A stretch of DNA of 64,000 nt from an uncultured Actinomycetota bacterium (GCA_963743225.1 CAVUPN010000010.1:16084-80083), one strand, 5' to 3'. Counted from the stretch's first letter, positions 45,569-59,067 are shown. Numbers and translations: made by a program. Notes: generated by a model from the sequence alone, not told the origin.

Positions 45569-46230
45569 GCGACACGCGCGAAGAGCCGATGACGGCGATG
45601 AATGAAGTTGCGCCACCGCGGATTTCGCGTCGCCGAGCCGCTGTCACGGTGATCGTCGGCCTGGCGATCGGCGGAGCCCTGATCGGTGCGTTGTGGGCGT
45701 GGCTCGCACCGCCGATCCACGGCGTCATCGCACTGACCAAGAGCGGCGAGCGGGTGCACGCCTATCTGGGCAACGAGGCGGACAACTTCTTCATCGCGGC
45801 GTTCCTGCTGGTGGGCATGGTCGTGGCGCTGGCGGTCGTGTGCGCGGTGTTGGTGTGGCAGTGGCGGGCGCATCGCGGCCCGGTGATGGTCGCCGCGCTG
45901 ACGATCGGCTCGGCGGCCGCTGCCGGCGCCGCGGCGGGGGTCGGCGCGCTGCTGGTGCGGTCGCGCTACGACATCATCGACATCGCGGGCGCCCCGATCT
46001 CACCCGAGCATCGGGTGCACTACGTCACCGAGGCGCCGCCGGTGTTCTTCGCGCACACGCCGTTGTTGATCGCGACGTCGATCCTGTTTCCCGCGGCGAT
46101 GGCGGCGCTGGTCTACGCGCTGATGGCGGTGTCGACGTCACGCGACGATCTCGGCGCCTGGCCTCCGGTCGAAGCCGGTCCTGCTCGGCCGCCGGTCACA
46201 GCGGAGAGCGCTCTACCGTCCGCCCCGTGA
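45565..46230 (+). CDS. Conserved membrane protein (Rv1591-like)
   Basis: 221 aa from the ATG at 45565 (ATGA overlap with the upstream stop). Four hydrophobic segments. Confidence 0.7.
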   Translation: MSDTREEPMTAMNEVAPPRISRRRAAVTVIVGLAIGGALIGALWAWLAPPIHGVIALTKSGERVHAYLGNEADNFFIAAFLLVGMVVALAVVCAVLVWQWRAHRGPVMVAALTIGSAAAAGAAAGVGALLVRSRYDIIDIAGAPISPEHRVHYVTEAPPVFFAHTPLLIATSILFPAAMAALVYALMAVSTSRDDLGAWPPVEAGPARPPVTAESALPSAP

Positions 46231-47542
46231 CGACCTTCGCGGCGATCCGCACCAGCCGCGCCATGCCCACGTAGGTCATCGGGTTCAGCAGCGTCGGCCA
46301 CTTCGTCCGCACCAGGTGCTCGGTCAGCGGCTTGCCCGCGAACCGGTCGGTCAGCCAGCGCAGCGTCATCGGCGCCGACATCGGGTGCAGCAGCATGTGC
46401 TCGCTGAACATGTCGCGGTGGTAGGTCACCGACGCGCCGCCGGACCGATAGGTGTCGGCCAGCTCGTCGATGTCCTCGACCGAGACGATCCGGTCGTGGA
46501 CCGCCTGCACGATCAGCACCGGCGGCGTGGGCACCGCGGTGCCCAGCTTGATGCTCGTCGAAGACGTGCTGCACCTCGGGCGTGTCGAGGATCTCGCTCG
46601 AGCGGCCGGTCGACCAGCTTGCCCATGTCCATGCCGACCAGCCGCAGCACGGCGTCGGACGGTGGTCATGTTCTCCAGCCGCAGCAGCATCGCCTTGCCC
46701 GTCGTCGGTGGCGTGCTCCTGGATGACCCGGTCGAGGTCGGGATAGATGTGCGCCAGCGCGGCGACCACCATCGCGGGCAGCCCGGACATAGAAGCTGCC
46801 GTTGAGCCGGCGGAAGGTGTGGCCGAGGTCGCCGACGGGCGATCCGAGCACCGCGCCGACGATGTTCAGTTCCGGCGCGTAGGAGCCGCTCATCTCGGCG
46901 GCCCACGCGCTGGCCAGGCCACCGCCGGAGTAGCCCCACAGGCCGATCGGCGCCGTCGCCGACAGGCCCAGCCGCTCGGAGCTCAGCGCGGCGCGCAGGC
47001 CGTCGAGAACGCGGTAGCCCGGCTCGTACGGTGTGCCCCAGCTCCCGTTCGCGTCCCTCGTGGTCGGGCACCGACACCGCCCAGCCCTCGGCCAGCGCCG
47101 CGGCGATGAGGAAGAACTCGAACTGCGCGAGCGCTCCCGGCGCCAGCGCGCGCCGGCGCAGCGCGTACGACGGGAAGCAGCGCGACGTCACGGCGTCGAT
47201 CGCGCACTGGTAGGACACCACCGGGGTGACCGGCCTCGGGCGCGCGTTCGGCGGGCACGATCACCGTGGTGACGGTCGCCTCCGGATTGCCGTGCATGTC
47301 GGTGGTCCGGTACAGCAGCTGCGTGGCGGTGAACTTCTGCGGGATCAGCCCGAGAAACGCCAGCTCGACGTCGCGGCTGCGCAGCACGGTGCCCGGCGCG
47401 GGAATGCTGGAAACCTGCGGGTGGGTCGTAGAACGGGTCGTCGGCGGGCAGCTGCGGACGGATGCCCCGCTGCAGTTCTTCGTGCGGTGCGGTGCCCGAT
47501 CCACTCGGCACCGGTTGCCGGAGCCACGCTGCCCAAGTCCAT
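46196..47542 (-). pseudogene. Secretory lipase (LIP family, Rv1592c-like), heavily frameshifted
   Basis: Conserved segments lie in alternating minus frames in the order ATGAEWIG / [20 protein letters not shown] / [20 protein letters not shown]...TVIVPAE / [23 protein letters not shown]...VPDHEG / [17 protein letters not shown]...[17 protein letters not shown]...RRLNGSF / [16 protein letters not shown] / ...IKLGTAVPTPPVLIVQAVHD...RWLTDRFAGKPLTEH. I count about 9 shifts. Confidence 0.8.
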
Positions 47543-47584
47543 CCGGGCATTCTTACTTAAGAAGGCATTAAGAATCCAGTCGAC

Positions 47585-48278
47585 TCACCCAGGCGGCCGC
47601 AACGCGGCGAACTCGTCGGTGACGCGATAGGCGCGACTCGGTGAAGCGGTACAGCGCCGCGGGACGGCCCCCGCTGCGGCCCGACCGCGCGGTGGTGCCG
47701 GTCGGGGTGATGACGCCGCGACGTGCGAGCACCCGCTGCAGGTTGGTGGCGTCGACTTGATAGCCGAGCGCGGCGCCGTAGATGTCGCGCAGCGTCGACA
47801 GCGCGAATTCCTTTGGCGCCAAGGCAAATCCGATGTTCGTGTAGGACATCTTCGCGACCAGGCGGGTGCGCGCGTGCTCGACCATCGGTCCGTGGTCGAA
47901 CGCCATCGGCGGCAGCGCGTTCACCGGATGCCAGCGGGTGTCGGGCGGCAGCTCGGGGGTGGCGGGGGAGGGCACCAGGCCCGAGGAACGTCGACGCGAT
48001 GGTGCGGACGCCGGGAACCCGGTGTGGGTCGGAGAACACAGCCAGCTGCTCGAGGTGAGCCAATTCACGCAGGTCGACCTTCTCGGCCAGCTGACGCCGA
48101 ACTGAACTGATCATGTCCTCGTCGTGACGCAGCTGGCCGCCGGGCAGCGACCACGCGCCGCGCTCGGGTTCTCGGGCGCGCTGCCACAGCAGCACGTGAG
48201 CTGCGGGTCCCGCGTGCTCAGCTGCCGAACCTGGAACACGACGGCGAGCACTTCGTGTGCAGTGCTACTATTGACCAT
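47585..48278 (-). pseudogene. nrtR: Nudix-related transcriptional regulator NrtR (Rv1593c-like) with about 3 frameshifts
   Basis: MVNSSTAHEVLAVVFQVRQLS is at the tail of ORF 48111..48566. The Nudix part LLWQRAREPERGAWSLPGGQL is in ORF 47557..48195. The wHTH part MSYTNIGFALAPKEFALSTLRDIYGAALGYQVDATNLQRVL is in ORF 47568..48068. The tail YRVTDEFAALRPPG* is in ORF 47585..47827. Confidence 0.75.
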
Positions 48279-48301
48279 GTTTTCGATTATAAGTCGAAAA
48301 C
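48279..48301. promoter_or_regulatory. Palindrome GTTTTCGA-N7-TCGAAAAC in the nrtR-nadA intergenic region (candidate NrtR operator)
   Basis: 8+7+8 perfect inverted repeat that is AT-rich in a GC-rich genome. It starts directly after the nrtR start codon and ends 24 nt before the nadA ATG. Confidence 0.55.
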
Positions 48302-48325
48302 CTGACTGTCCGCGAGGAGGCGGCC

Positions 48326-49349
48326 ATGACGGTGTTGGACCGACCGGATCGTCAACAGTCCGACCGGCTATTCCGGCGTCGACGGCGACGAGGAATGGGC
48401 CGCCGAGGTGCGACGCCTCGCCGAGCTGCGCGGCGCCACGCTGCTGGCGCACAACTACCAGCTGCCCGCGATCCAGGACGTCGCCGACCACGTCGGCGAC
48501 TCGCTGGCGCTGTCGCGGATCGCCGCCGACGCGCCCGAGGACACCATCGTGTTCTGCGGCGTGCACTTCATGGCCGAGACCGCGAAGATCCTGTCAGCCC
48601 GGACAAGACCGTGCTGATCCCCGACCAGCGGGCCGGCTGCTCGCTGGCCGACTCGATCACCGCCGACGATCTGCGCGCCTGGAAGGCCGAGTATCCCGGC
48701 GCGGTCGTGGTGTCCTACGTGAACACCACCGCGGCGGTGAAGGCCGAGACCGACATCTGCTGCACGTCGTCGAACGCGGTCGAGGTGGTGGCGTCGATTC
48801 CCGAGGACCGCGAGGTGCTGTTCTGCCCGGACCAGTTCCTCGGCGCCCACGTGCGGCGGATCACCGGCCGCAAGAACCTGCACGTGTGGGCCGGCGAGTG
48901 CCACGTGCACGCCGGCATCAACGGCGACGAGCTGGCCGACCAAGGCGCTCGCACATCCCGACGCCGAGCTGTACGTGCATCCCGAATGCGGTTGTGCGAC
49001 TTCGGCTTTGTACCTCGCCGGCGAGGGCGCGTTCCCCGAGGACCGGGTGAAGATCCTGTCCACCGGCGGCATGCTGGACGCCGCCCGCGAGACCCACGCC
49101 CGTCAGGTGCTGGTCGCCACCGAGGTCGGCATGCTGCACCAATTGCGCCGGGCGGCACCGGAAGTCGACTTCCGCGCCGTCAACGACCGCGCGTCGTGCA
49201 AGTACATGAAGATGATCACGCCCGCCGCGCTGCTGCGCTGCCTGGTCGAGGGCGCCGACGAGGTCGACGTCGATCCCGACATCGCCCGACGGGCCCGCGC
49301 CAGCGTGCAGCGGATGATCGAGATCGGCACGCCCGGCGGCGGCGAATGA
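48326..49349 (+). pseudogene. nadA: Quinolinate synthase with 3 frameshifts
   Basis: MTVLDRPD is in the ATG-48326 frame. [46 protein letters not shown]...AETAKILS is in the frame of ORF 48408..48617. [20 protein letters not shown]...[14 protein letters not shown] is back in the first frame. [17 protein letters not shown]...[10 protein letters not shown] is in ORF 48975..49349. Confidence 0.9.
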
Positions 49350-49356
49350 GACTGGC

Positions 49357-50864
49357 ATGCAGCGTGCCGACGTCGTCGTCATCGGCACCGGGGTCGCCGG
49401 GCTTGGTCGCCGCCCTGGCCGCACACCGTCGCGGCCGCAACGTGGTGGTGCTGAGCAAGGCCGCCGATACCGCAACGTTCTACGCGCAGGGCGGCATCGC
49501 GGTCGTGCTGCCGGACACCGACGACTCGATCGACGCCCATGTCGCCGACACGATCGCCGCGGGCGCCGGGCTGTGCGACCCGGATGCGGTGCGGTCGATC
49601 GTGGCCGACGGCTACCGCGCGGTCGTCGAATTGGTCGACGACGGAGCGCGTTTCGACGAGGCCGCGCCCGGCCGCTGGTCGCTGACCCGGGAGGGCGGGC
49701 ATTCGCGGCGCCGCATCATCCATGCCGGCGGCGACGCCACCGGCGCCGAGGTGCAACGGGCGCTCGACCACGCCGCGGCGACCGCTGGACATCCGTCGCA
49801 ACCACGTCGCGCTGCAGATCCTGCAGACCGGCGGCGCGGTGACGGGCGTGCTGGTGCTCAACGAGGACGGGCTCGGCATCGTGCACGCGCCGTCGGTGGT
49901 CCTCGCGACCGGCGGGCTGGGTCATCTGTACTCGGCGACCACGAATCCCGAAGGGTCGACGGGCGACGGCGTCGCGCTGGCGCTGTGGGCGGGTGTGCCG
50001 GTCAGCGACATCGAGTTCATCCAGTTCCACCCGACCATGCTGTTCGACGGTCAAGCAGGCGGCCGCCGTCCGTTGATCACCGAAGCCGTTCGCGGTGAGG
50101 GCGGCGATTCTGCTTGACCGGCAAGGGAAATCGATCACCGCAGGCGTTCATCCGATGGGCGACCTGGCCCCGCGTGACGTCGTGGCGGCAGCGATCGACG
50201 CCCGGCTCCGGGACACCGGCGATCCGTGTGTCTATCTCGACGCCCGCGGCATCGCCGACTTCGAGCGGCGGTTCCCGACGGTCACCGCGGCCTGCCGGGC
50301 CGCAGGCATCGATCCGACGCGCCAACCGATTCCGGTGGTGCCCGGGGCGCACTACAGCTGCGGCGGCGTCGTGACCGACGTGCACGGCCGCACCGACCTT
50401 CCCGGGTTGTTCGCCGCGGGTGAGGTGGCGCGCACCGGCATGCACGGCGCCAACCGGTTGGCGTCCAACAGCCTGCTGGAGGGCCTGGTGGTGGGTGGGC
50501 GGGCCGGGAAGGCGGCTGCCCAGCATGCGGTCGACGCCGGACCCGCACAAGCGGAGCTCGGTGAGGTCGAGACACGGGTCGCACTCCCCCGCAAGGTCTT
50601 ACAGCGTGCGATGTCGCACCACGCGTCGGTGGTCCGCGACGGCGACGGCCTGCAGCGGCTCACGCAGGAGCTGGACGCAGCGGTGCCACGGGACATCGAT
50701 TGCAGGGCCGACTTCGAGGACGTCGCGTTGACCGTGACCGCCCGCACTGTCGCCGCCGCGGCGTTGGCGCGAACCGAATCTCGCGGCTGTCATCACCGCT
50801 CCGACTTCCCCGACACCGACCCGGCGTTGGCGCACAGCCTGGTGCTCGCGGCGGCTGCTGCTGA
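49357..50864 (+). pseudogene. nadB: L-aspartate oxidase with 3 or more frameshifts
   Basis: [16 protein letters not shown] starts at ATG 49357. [19 protein letters not shown]...[15 protein letters not shown] is in the frame of ORF 48326..50098. [11 protein letters not shown]...[10 protein letters not shown]...ITEAVRGEG is in ORF 49722..50117. [14 protein letters not shown]...ESRGCHHRSDFP is in ORF 50095..51375. The native stop is not identifiable. Confidence 0.9.
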
Positions 50865-51722
50865 TGGAGCTCAGCGCCGACGAGCTGACCGAAGCTCGCA
50901 GGGTGATCGCGCGCGCTCTGGAAGAAGACCTGCGCTACGGCCCCGACGTGACCACGCTGGCGACGGTGTCCCGCCGATGCGACGCACGACGGCGTCGATG
51001 GTGACCCGCGAACCGGGTGTGATCGCCGGCGTCGACGTCGCGCTGCTGGTTCTCGACGAGGTGCTCGGCCAGGACGGCTACCGGGTGAAGCACCGCGTCG
51101 ACGACGGTGCACGCCTGGAGTCGGGCGCGGTGGTGCTGATCGTCGAGGCGCCAACGCAAGGTCTGTTGACCGCCGAGCGCACGATGCTGAACCTGGTCTG
51201 CCACCTGTCCGGCATCGCGACGACCACCGCGGCGTGGGTCGAGGCGGTGAGGGCACCAACGCGAAGATCCGCGACACCCGCAAGACGCTGCCGGGCCTGC
51301 GGGCGCTGCAGAAGTACGCGGTGCGGGTCGGCGGCGGCGTCAACCACCGGATGGGGCTCGGCGATGCAGCGCTGATCAAGGACAACCACGTCGCGGCCGC
51401 GGGTTCGGTGGTGGCCGCGCTGCGTGCCGTCCGCGAAGCGGCGCCCGATCTGCCGTGCGAGGTCGAGGTCGACTCGCTCGAACAGCTCGACGAGGTGCTG
51501 GCCGAAAACGTGGAACTCGTTCTGCTGGACAACTTTCCGGTGTGGCAGACGCAGATCGCCGTGCAGCGCCGCGACGCCCGCGCGCCCCAGACGAAACTCG
51601 AGTCGTCGGGCGGTCTGTCGCTGGACACCGCGGCCGAGTACGCGGGTACGGGCGTCGACTACCTCGCCGTCGGCGCCCTCACCCATTCGGTGCGGGTGCT
51701 GGATGTCGGCCTGGACATCTAA
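50864..51722 (+). pseudogene. nadC: Nicotinate-nucleotide pyrophosphorylase (quinolinate phosphoribosyltransferase) with 2-3 frameshifts
   Basis: ATG 50864 gives MELSADELTEARRVIARALEEDLRYGPDVTTLATV. TTASMVTREPGVIAGVDV...TAERTMLNLVCHLSGIATTTAAWVEAVR is in the nadB-tail frame. GTNAKIRDTRKTLPGLRALQKYAV...VLDVGLDI* is in ORF 51234..51722. Confidence 0.9.
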
Positions 51723-51731
51723 GTTGGCAAC

Positions 51732-52142
51732 ATGGCATCGATACGCACCGAATTCCCGATCGACGTCGACGCTTCGCGGGTATGGCAGGTGATCGGCGAC
51801 TGGGCGGACGGCCCGGTCCGGATGGCACGCGGGCTGGTGGTCTCGTCTGACGCCGAGGGCGCTGTGCGCGTGGTGACGTTCGCCGACGGCATGATCGCCC
51901 GGGAGCGGCTGGTCACCCGCGAGGACGACGCGCGTCGCATCGTCTACTCGATGGTCGGCGACACGGTGCGACCCGAGCACGACAATGCGGTCATGCAGAT
52001 CGTCCCGGAGGGTGCGGACCGGTGCCGGTTCATCTGGACCCGCGACGTGCTGCCCGACGAGCTCGCCGAGTCGCTGCGCGCGGCCATGGAGGATGCCGGC
52101 GCGGTCATCAAGCGCACTCTCGAGGAGGACGCGCCCGGTTGA
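51732..52142 (+). CDS. SRPBCC family protein
   Basis: 136 aa. MASIRTEFPIDVDASRVWQVIGDWADGP is a typical START/Bet v1-like N-terminus. Confidence 0.65.
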   Translation: MASIRTEFPIDVDASRVWQVIGDWADGPVRMARGLVVSSDAEGAVRVVTFADGMIARERLVTREDDARRIVYSMVGDTVRPEHDNAVMQIVPEGADRCRFIWTRDVLPDELAESLRAAMEDAGAVIKRTLEEDAPG

Positions 52143-52698
52143 GAAGCGAGCGCGCTGCCGTCTTCGCCGAACTCAGCCCGGCCGCGTCGCCGGTGATGCG
52201 GGACAGCAGCAACGCCCCCTCGACCAGGGCGATCACGGCCAGCGCCGTCTGGTCGGCCTCGTCATCCGGCCACCCGTCGGCACGCAGCCGGTCGGTCACC
52301 GCACTGCGCCAGCCGTTGAAGACCTTCGCCGCCGCCTCGCGCACCTGCGGGCTGGCGTGCACCGATTCGGTGGCGATGGGCTCGATGGGGCAGCCGTCGC
52401 GTTGATCGCAGGCCAGCCCGGCGGCCATCACGTCGATCCAGCCGTCGACGATGTCGGCCACCGACGAGTCGCTGTCGAGGAAGCGGCGCAGTAGCCGCTC
52501 GATCTCCCCACCGGCGGAGTCGACCACCGCGGCGGCGAGTTCCTGCTTTCCGTTCGGAAAGTGGTGGTAGAGCGAGCCGGCCTTGACGTCGGCGGTTTCG
52601 AGAATCTGGTTCACGCCGGTGGCCGCGTAGCCCTGCCGGCGAAACAGCAGGGCCGCGGTGTCGATCAGCGCGGCACGGCTTCGATCGGGGCGGGGCAC
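52108..52698 (-). CDS. TetR/AcrR-family transcriptional regulator
   Basis: 196 aa. The HTH is YAATGVNQILETADVKAGSLYHHFPNGKQEL. Confidence 0.8.
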   Translation of the reverse strand: MPRPDRSRAALIDTAALLFRRQGYAATGVNQILETADVKAGSLYHHFPNGKQELAAAVVDSAGGEIERLLRRFLDSDSSVADIVDGWIDVMAAGLACDQRDGCPIEPIATESVHASPQVREAAAKVFNGWRSAVTDRLRADGWPDDEADQTALAVIALVEGALLLSRITGDAAGLSSAKTAARSLLNRARPPRECA

Positions 52699-52756
52699 CC
52701 CTTGACAATACTAGAACGGTCGCTCAAGAAGGAGAACGTCCGCCAGCGTCAGTGTG

Positions 52757-53179
52757 TCACGCGATGTCGGCGACGAGCACTCCCATTTTGCGCGCCTGCA
52801 CCCGGGCCATGAACGGTAGGCCTTCGGCGTCGCCTCCGGCGGGCACGATGCGTGGATTGACGATGTGCACACTCCGCTTGCCGAAGAGCACGTCGGCCTC
52901 ACCGGCGGCGAGCACGTTCTTCACCCAGTCGGTCTTGCCGTGTCCCAGCACGACGGCGAGGATGTTGCCTTTGCGGAACGGGGTGACGACTGTCTCGTAG
53001 GCCTTGCCGGACTTGCGGCCGCGATGCTTGATGGTCGCCACACCAGGCATGAACCGCGAGAGCCGTTTGACCATCGGGTTCATGTACTTGATCTGCAGTC
53101 GCTCGAACGCGGGCGGATAGACCATCGGCACGCCCGGGGCGTTGTTGGGGTGATCCTTTGCGGACATGCTCTTGGACAT
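52757..53179 (-). CDS. Deazaflavin-dependent nitroreductase family protein
   Basis: I trimmed ORF 52757..53344 to the ATG at 53179, giving 140 aa. IKHRGRKSGKAYETVVTPFRKGNILAVVLGHGKTDWVKNVLAAG fits the F420H2-dependent family. It lies upstream of the TetR gene on the same strand. Confidence 0.75.
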   Translation of the reverse strand: MSKSMSAKDHPNNAPGVPMVYPPAFERLQIKYMNPMVKRLSRFMPGVATIKHRGRKSGKAYETVVTPFRKGNILAVVLGHGKTDWVKNVLAAGEADVLFGKRSVHIVNPRIVPAGGDAEGLPFMARVQARKMGVLVADIA

Positions 53180-53228
53180 TACGTGACGATGCCCGCCGCC
53201 CGAGAGGACTGCCGTTACGATCAGCCGC

Positions 53229-53723
53229 ATGTCCGAGTCAACGGGGTCTCCAAGGTTTTCTATGCTCTCTGTCGTGGCGCTGGTCGTGGCGCTCGTCGCG
53301 GTCGGCCTTGCCGTCTGGGCGCTGCTGAGGGAGCCGTCGACCACAGAATCCGCGCAGGTCTATACCGGCGAGCCGAGCATCGACGCCAAGGGCAGCATCT
53401 GCCAGGCCTTCAACGTCGTCCGCAACGGTGTGCAGATCAACACGAACCTGCAGCCTCCGGGCGGGCCTGAGGACGTCACCGGCTCCATGGCGGTAGCGGC
53501 CAATGCCCGCTTGGCGCTTTATGACGGCGGACAGTATCTGCTCGCCCGTCTGGAGCCTGGGACGCCGCCGGAGCTGGCAGACGCCGTCCGCAAGTTCGCC
53601 AACAATCTGATGGACATCGGCGCGCGGTCGACATCGGGCATCCCGAACTCCGACCCTGATCAGGCCGGACGCTTGAAGGAAGCCGACGCCGCCAACGCCA
53701 CGATCACCAATCTGTGCAAGTAA
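53229..53723 (+). CDS. Hypothetical membrane-anchored protein
   Basis: 164 aa with one N-terminal TM (FSMLSVVALVVALVAVGLAVWALL) and a soluble C-terminal domain. No family recognised. Confidence 0.5.
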   Translation: MSESTGSPRFSMLSVVALVVALVAVGLAVWALLREPSTTESAQVYTGEPSIDAKGSICQAFNVVRNGVQINTNLQPPGGPEDVTGSMAVAANARLALYDGGQYLLARLEPGTPPELADAVRKFANNLMDIGARSTSGIPNSDPDQAGRLKEADAANATITNLCK

Positions 53724-53824
53724 GCGCCCGCCTCACTTGACCCCGGACGCGGCGCTCCTTGCCGCAGCAATATCGATTTGGCCTGTTCTGGGACAATAGG
53801 TGCGTGAACGCATCGGTACCGCTC

Positions 53825-56854
<3,030 letters not shown>

Positions 56855-56858
<4 letters not shown>

Positions 56859-57475
56859 CAACGAAGTCCGTTGTTGTTCTGGACTACGGGTCCGGCAACC
56901 TGCGGTCGGCGCAGCGCGCACTACAGCGGGTCGGCGCCGACGTCGAGGTGACCGCCGACGCCGGTGCGGCCGCACGCGCCGACGGGCTGGTGGTTCCCGG
57001 CGTTGGCGCATTCGAAGCCTGCATGAACGGATTGCGGGGGATCGGCGGCGACACGATCATCGCCGAGCGGGTCGCCGCCGGGCGCCCGGTGCTCGGGGTC
57101 TGCGTCGGCATGCAGATCCTGTTCGCACGCGGCGTGGAGTTCGGCGTCGAGTCACAGGGCTGCGGCCAGTGGCCGGGCGCCGTTGTCCGGCTGGACGCCC
57201 CGGTGATCCCGCACATGGGCTGGAACGTCGTCGACGCCGGCGCGGGTAGCGCATTGTTCAAGGGCCTGGACCCCACCACCCGGTTTTACTTCGTGCACTC
57301 ATACGCCGCGCAGACCTGGGAGGGTGATTCCGAAGCGCGGCTGACCTGGGCGACCCATCACGTGCCGTTCCTGGCGGCGGTCGAGGACGGCGCGCTGGCC
57401 GCCACCCAGTTCCACCCGGAGAAAAGCGGCGACGCGGGGGCGACGCTGCTGGCCAATTGGGTGGCCGACCTGTGA
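56855..57475 (+). CDS. hisH: Imidazole glycerol phosphate synthase, glutamine amidotransferase subunit
   Basis: 206 aa. Nucleophile context [15 protein letters not shown] overlap with hisB. Confidence 0.93.
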
Positions 57476-57494
57476 GGACGCTAGGTTGTCGGCC

Positions 57495-58241
57495 GTGCGA
57501 TTGATTCTTTTGCCTGCCGTCGACGTCGTGGACGGCAAGGCGGTGCGGCTTGTGCAGGGGCAGGCGGGCAGCGAAACCGACTACGGCTCCGCGCTGGACG
57601 CCGCGATGACCTGGCAGCGCGACGGCGCCGAGTGGATCCACCTGGTCGACCTGGACGCCGCGTTCGGCCGGGGATCCAACCGCGAGCTTCTCGCCGAGGT
57701 CGTCGGCAAGCTCGACGTCGCCGTGGAGCTGTCCGGCGGAATCCGCGATGACGAGTCACTGAAGGCCGCGCTGGCGACGGGCTGCGCGCGAGTCAACCTG
57801 GGCACCGCGGCGTTGGAGAACCCCGAGTGGTGTGCCCGCGTCGTCGCAGAGCACGGCGACAAGGTCGCCGTCGGGCTCGACGTGAAGATCGACCCCTCCT
57901 TGCCCGGCGGCGGGTTCCGACTCCGCGGCCGCGGCTGGGAGACCGACGGCGGAGACCTGTGGCCGGTGCTGGAACGCCTTGACAAACAGGGATGTTCGCG
58001 CTTCGTCGTCACTGACGTCACCAAGGACGGCACGTTGGCCGGGCCCAACCTCGACCTGCTGTCCAGCGTCGCTGGACGCACCGGCGCTCCGGTGATCGCG
58101 TCGGGCGGCGTGTCCAGCCTCGACGATCTGCGCGCCATCGCCACGCTCACCGGCAGTGGCGTGGAGGGCGCGATCATCGGAAAGGCCTTGTACGCCGGGC
58201 GATTCACGCTGCCGCAGGCACTGGCCGCGGTAGGAGAGTAG
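57495..58241 (+). CDS. hisA: Bifunctional ProFAR/PRA isomerase (actinobacterial HisA/PriA)
   Basis: I prefer the GTG at 57495 ([22 protein letters not shown]) to the TTG at 57486. (beta/alpha)8 HisA family, 248 aa. Confidence 0.9.
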   Translation: MRLILLPAVDVVDGKAVRLVQGQAGSETDYGSALDAAMTWQRDGAEWIHLVDLDAAFGRGSNRELLAEVVGKLDVAVELSGGIRDDESLKAALATGCARVNLGTAALENPEWCARVVAEHGDKVAVGLDVKIDPSLPGGGFRLRGRGWETDGGDLWPVLERLDKQGCSRFVVTDVTKDGTLAGPNLDLLSSVAGRTGAPVIASGGVSSLDDLRAIATLTGSGVEGAIIGKALYAGRFTLPQALAAVGE

Positions 58242-58247
58242 CCGGCG

Positions 58248-59067
58248 ATGGCGCTCGACGAGACCGACCTCGACGCGCTGGTCTCCGCGGCAGCCGCGAT
58301 CCTCGACGAGGCAGCCAAGCCGTTCGTGTCCGGTCACCGTGCCGATCTCGGCCGTGCCGAAGAAGGGCAACGACTTCGCCACCGAGGTCGACCTCGCGAT
58401 CGAACGCCAGGTGGCCGACGCGCTGGTATCGAAAACCGGCATCGAGGTGCACGGCGAGGAATTCGGCGGCGCCGACGTCGACTCACCGCTGGTGTGGGTG
58501 CTCGACCCGATCGACGGCACGTTCAACTATGCGGCCGGTCTGCCGACCGCGGCGATACTGCTCGCGCTGGTGCGCGACGGCGATCCGGTGGCCGGGTTGA
58601 CGTGGTTGCCGTTCACCGATCAGCGATTCACCGCAGTCGTCGGAAAGCCGCTGTACGCCAACGGTGTTGCCCAGACGCCGCTGGAGCCGGCCAAGCTGGG
58701 TGACTGCCTGGTCGGCACCGGCACCTTCGACGTCGACTCCCGCGGACGATTCCCTGGCCGCTATCGGGTCGCAATTCTGGAGCGTCTGAGCCGAGAGTGC
58801 TTGCGGATGCGGATGCACGGCGCCATCGGCCTCGACCTTGCCTACACCGCCGCCGGAATCCTCGGTGGGACAATCACCTTCGGCCATCATGTCTGGGACC
58901 ACGCGGCCGGCGTCGCGCTGACGCGGGCCGCCGGAGGCATCGTCACCGATCTGGAAGGTAACGACTGGACAATCACGTCAAAGTCGGCACTGGCCGGACT
59001 GCCCGGCGTGCATGGTGAGCTCCTCGACATCGTGCGGTCGGCCGGAGATCCCGAGGACTACCGATGA
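58248..59067 (+). pseudogene. impA: Inositol monophosphatase family protein (ImpA-like) with one N-terminal frameshift
   Basis: MALDETDLDALVSAAAAILDEAAKPFVSGHRAD is in ORF 58248..58703. SAVPKKGNDFATEVDLAIERQV...WVLDPIDGT...HVWDHAAG is in ORF 58339..59067. The shift is near 58343. An in-frame GTG at 58339 could still give an N-terminally truncated product. Confidence 0.75.

Noticed and set aside
50095-51375. 426-aa ORF that looks like a single large protein
   Set aside because: It is a chimera created by frameshifts. The first two thirds or so are the nadB C-terminal segment. The next part is the middle of nadC read in the same frame, and the tail is out-of-frame nonsense.
53724-53824. Candidate promoter hexamers (TTGACC, TTGGCC...ACAATA) upstream of hisD
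   Set aside because: The spacing between the best -35-like and -10-like elements does not fit 16-19 nt. Mycobacterial promoters are too degenerate to call from sequence alone.
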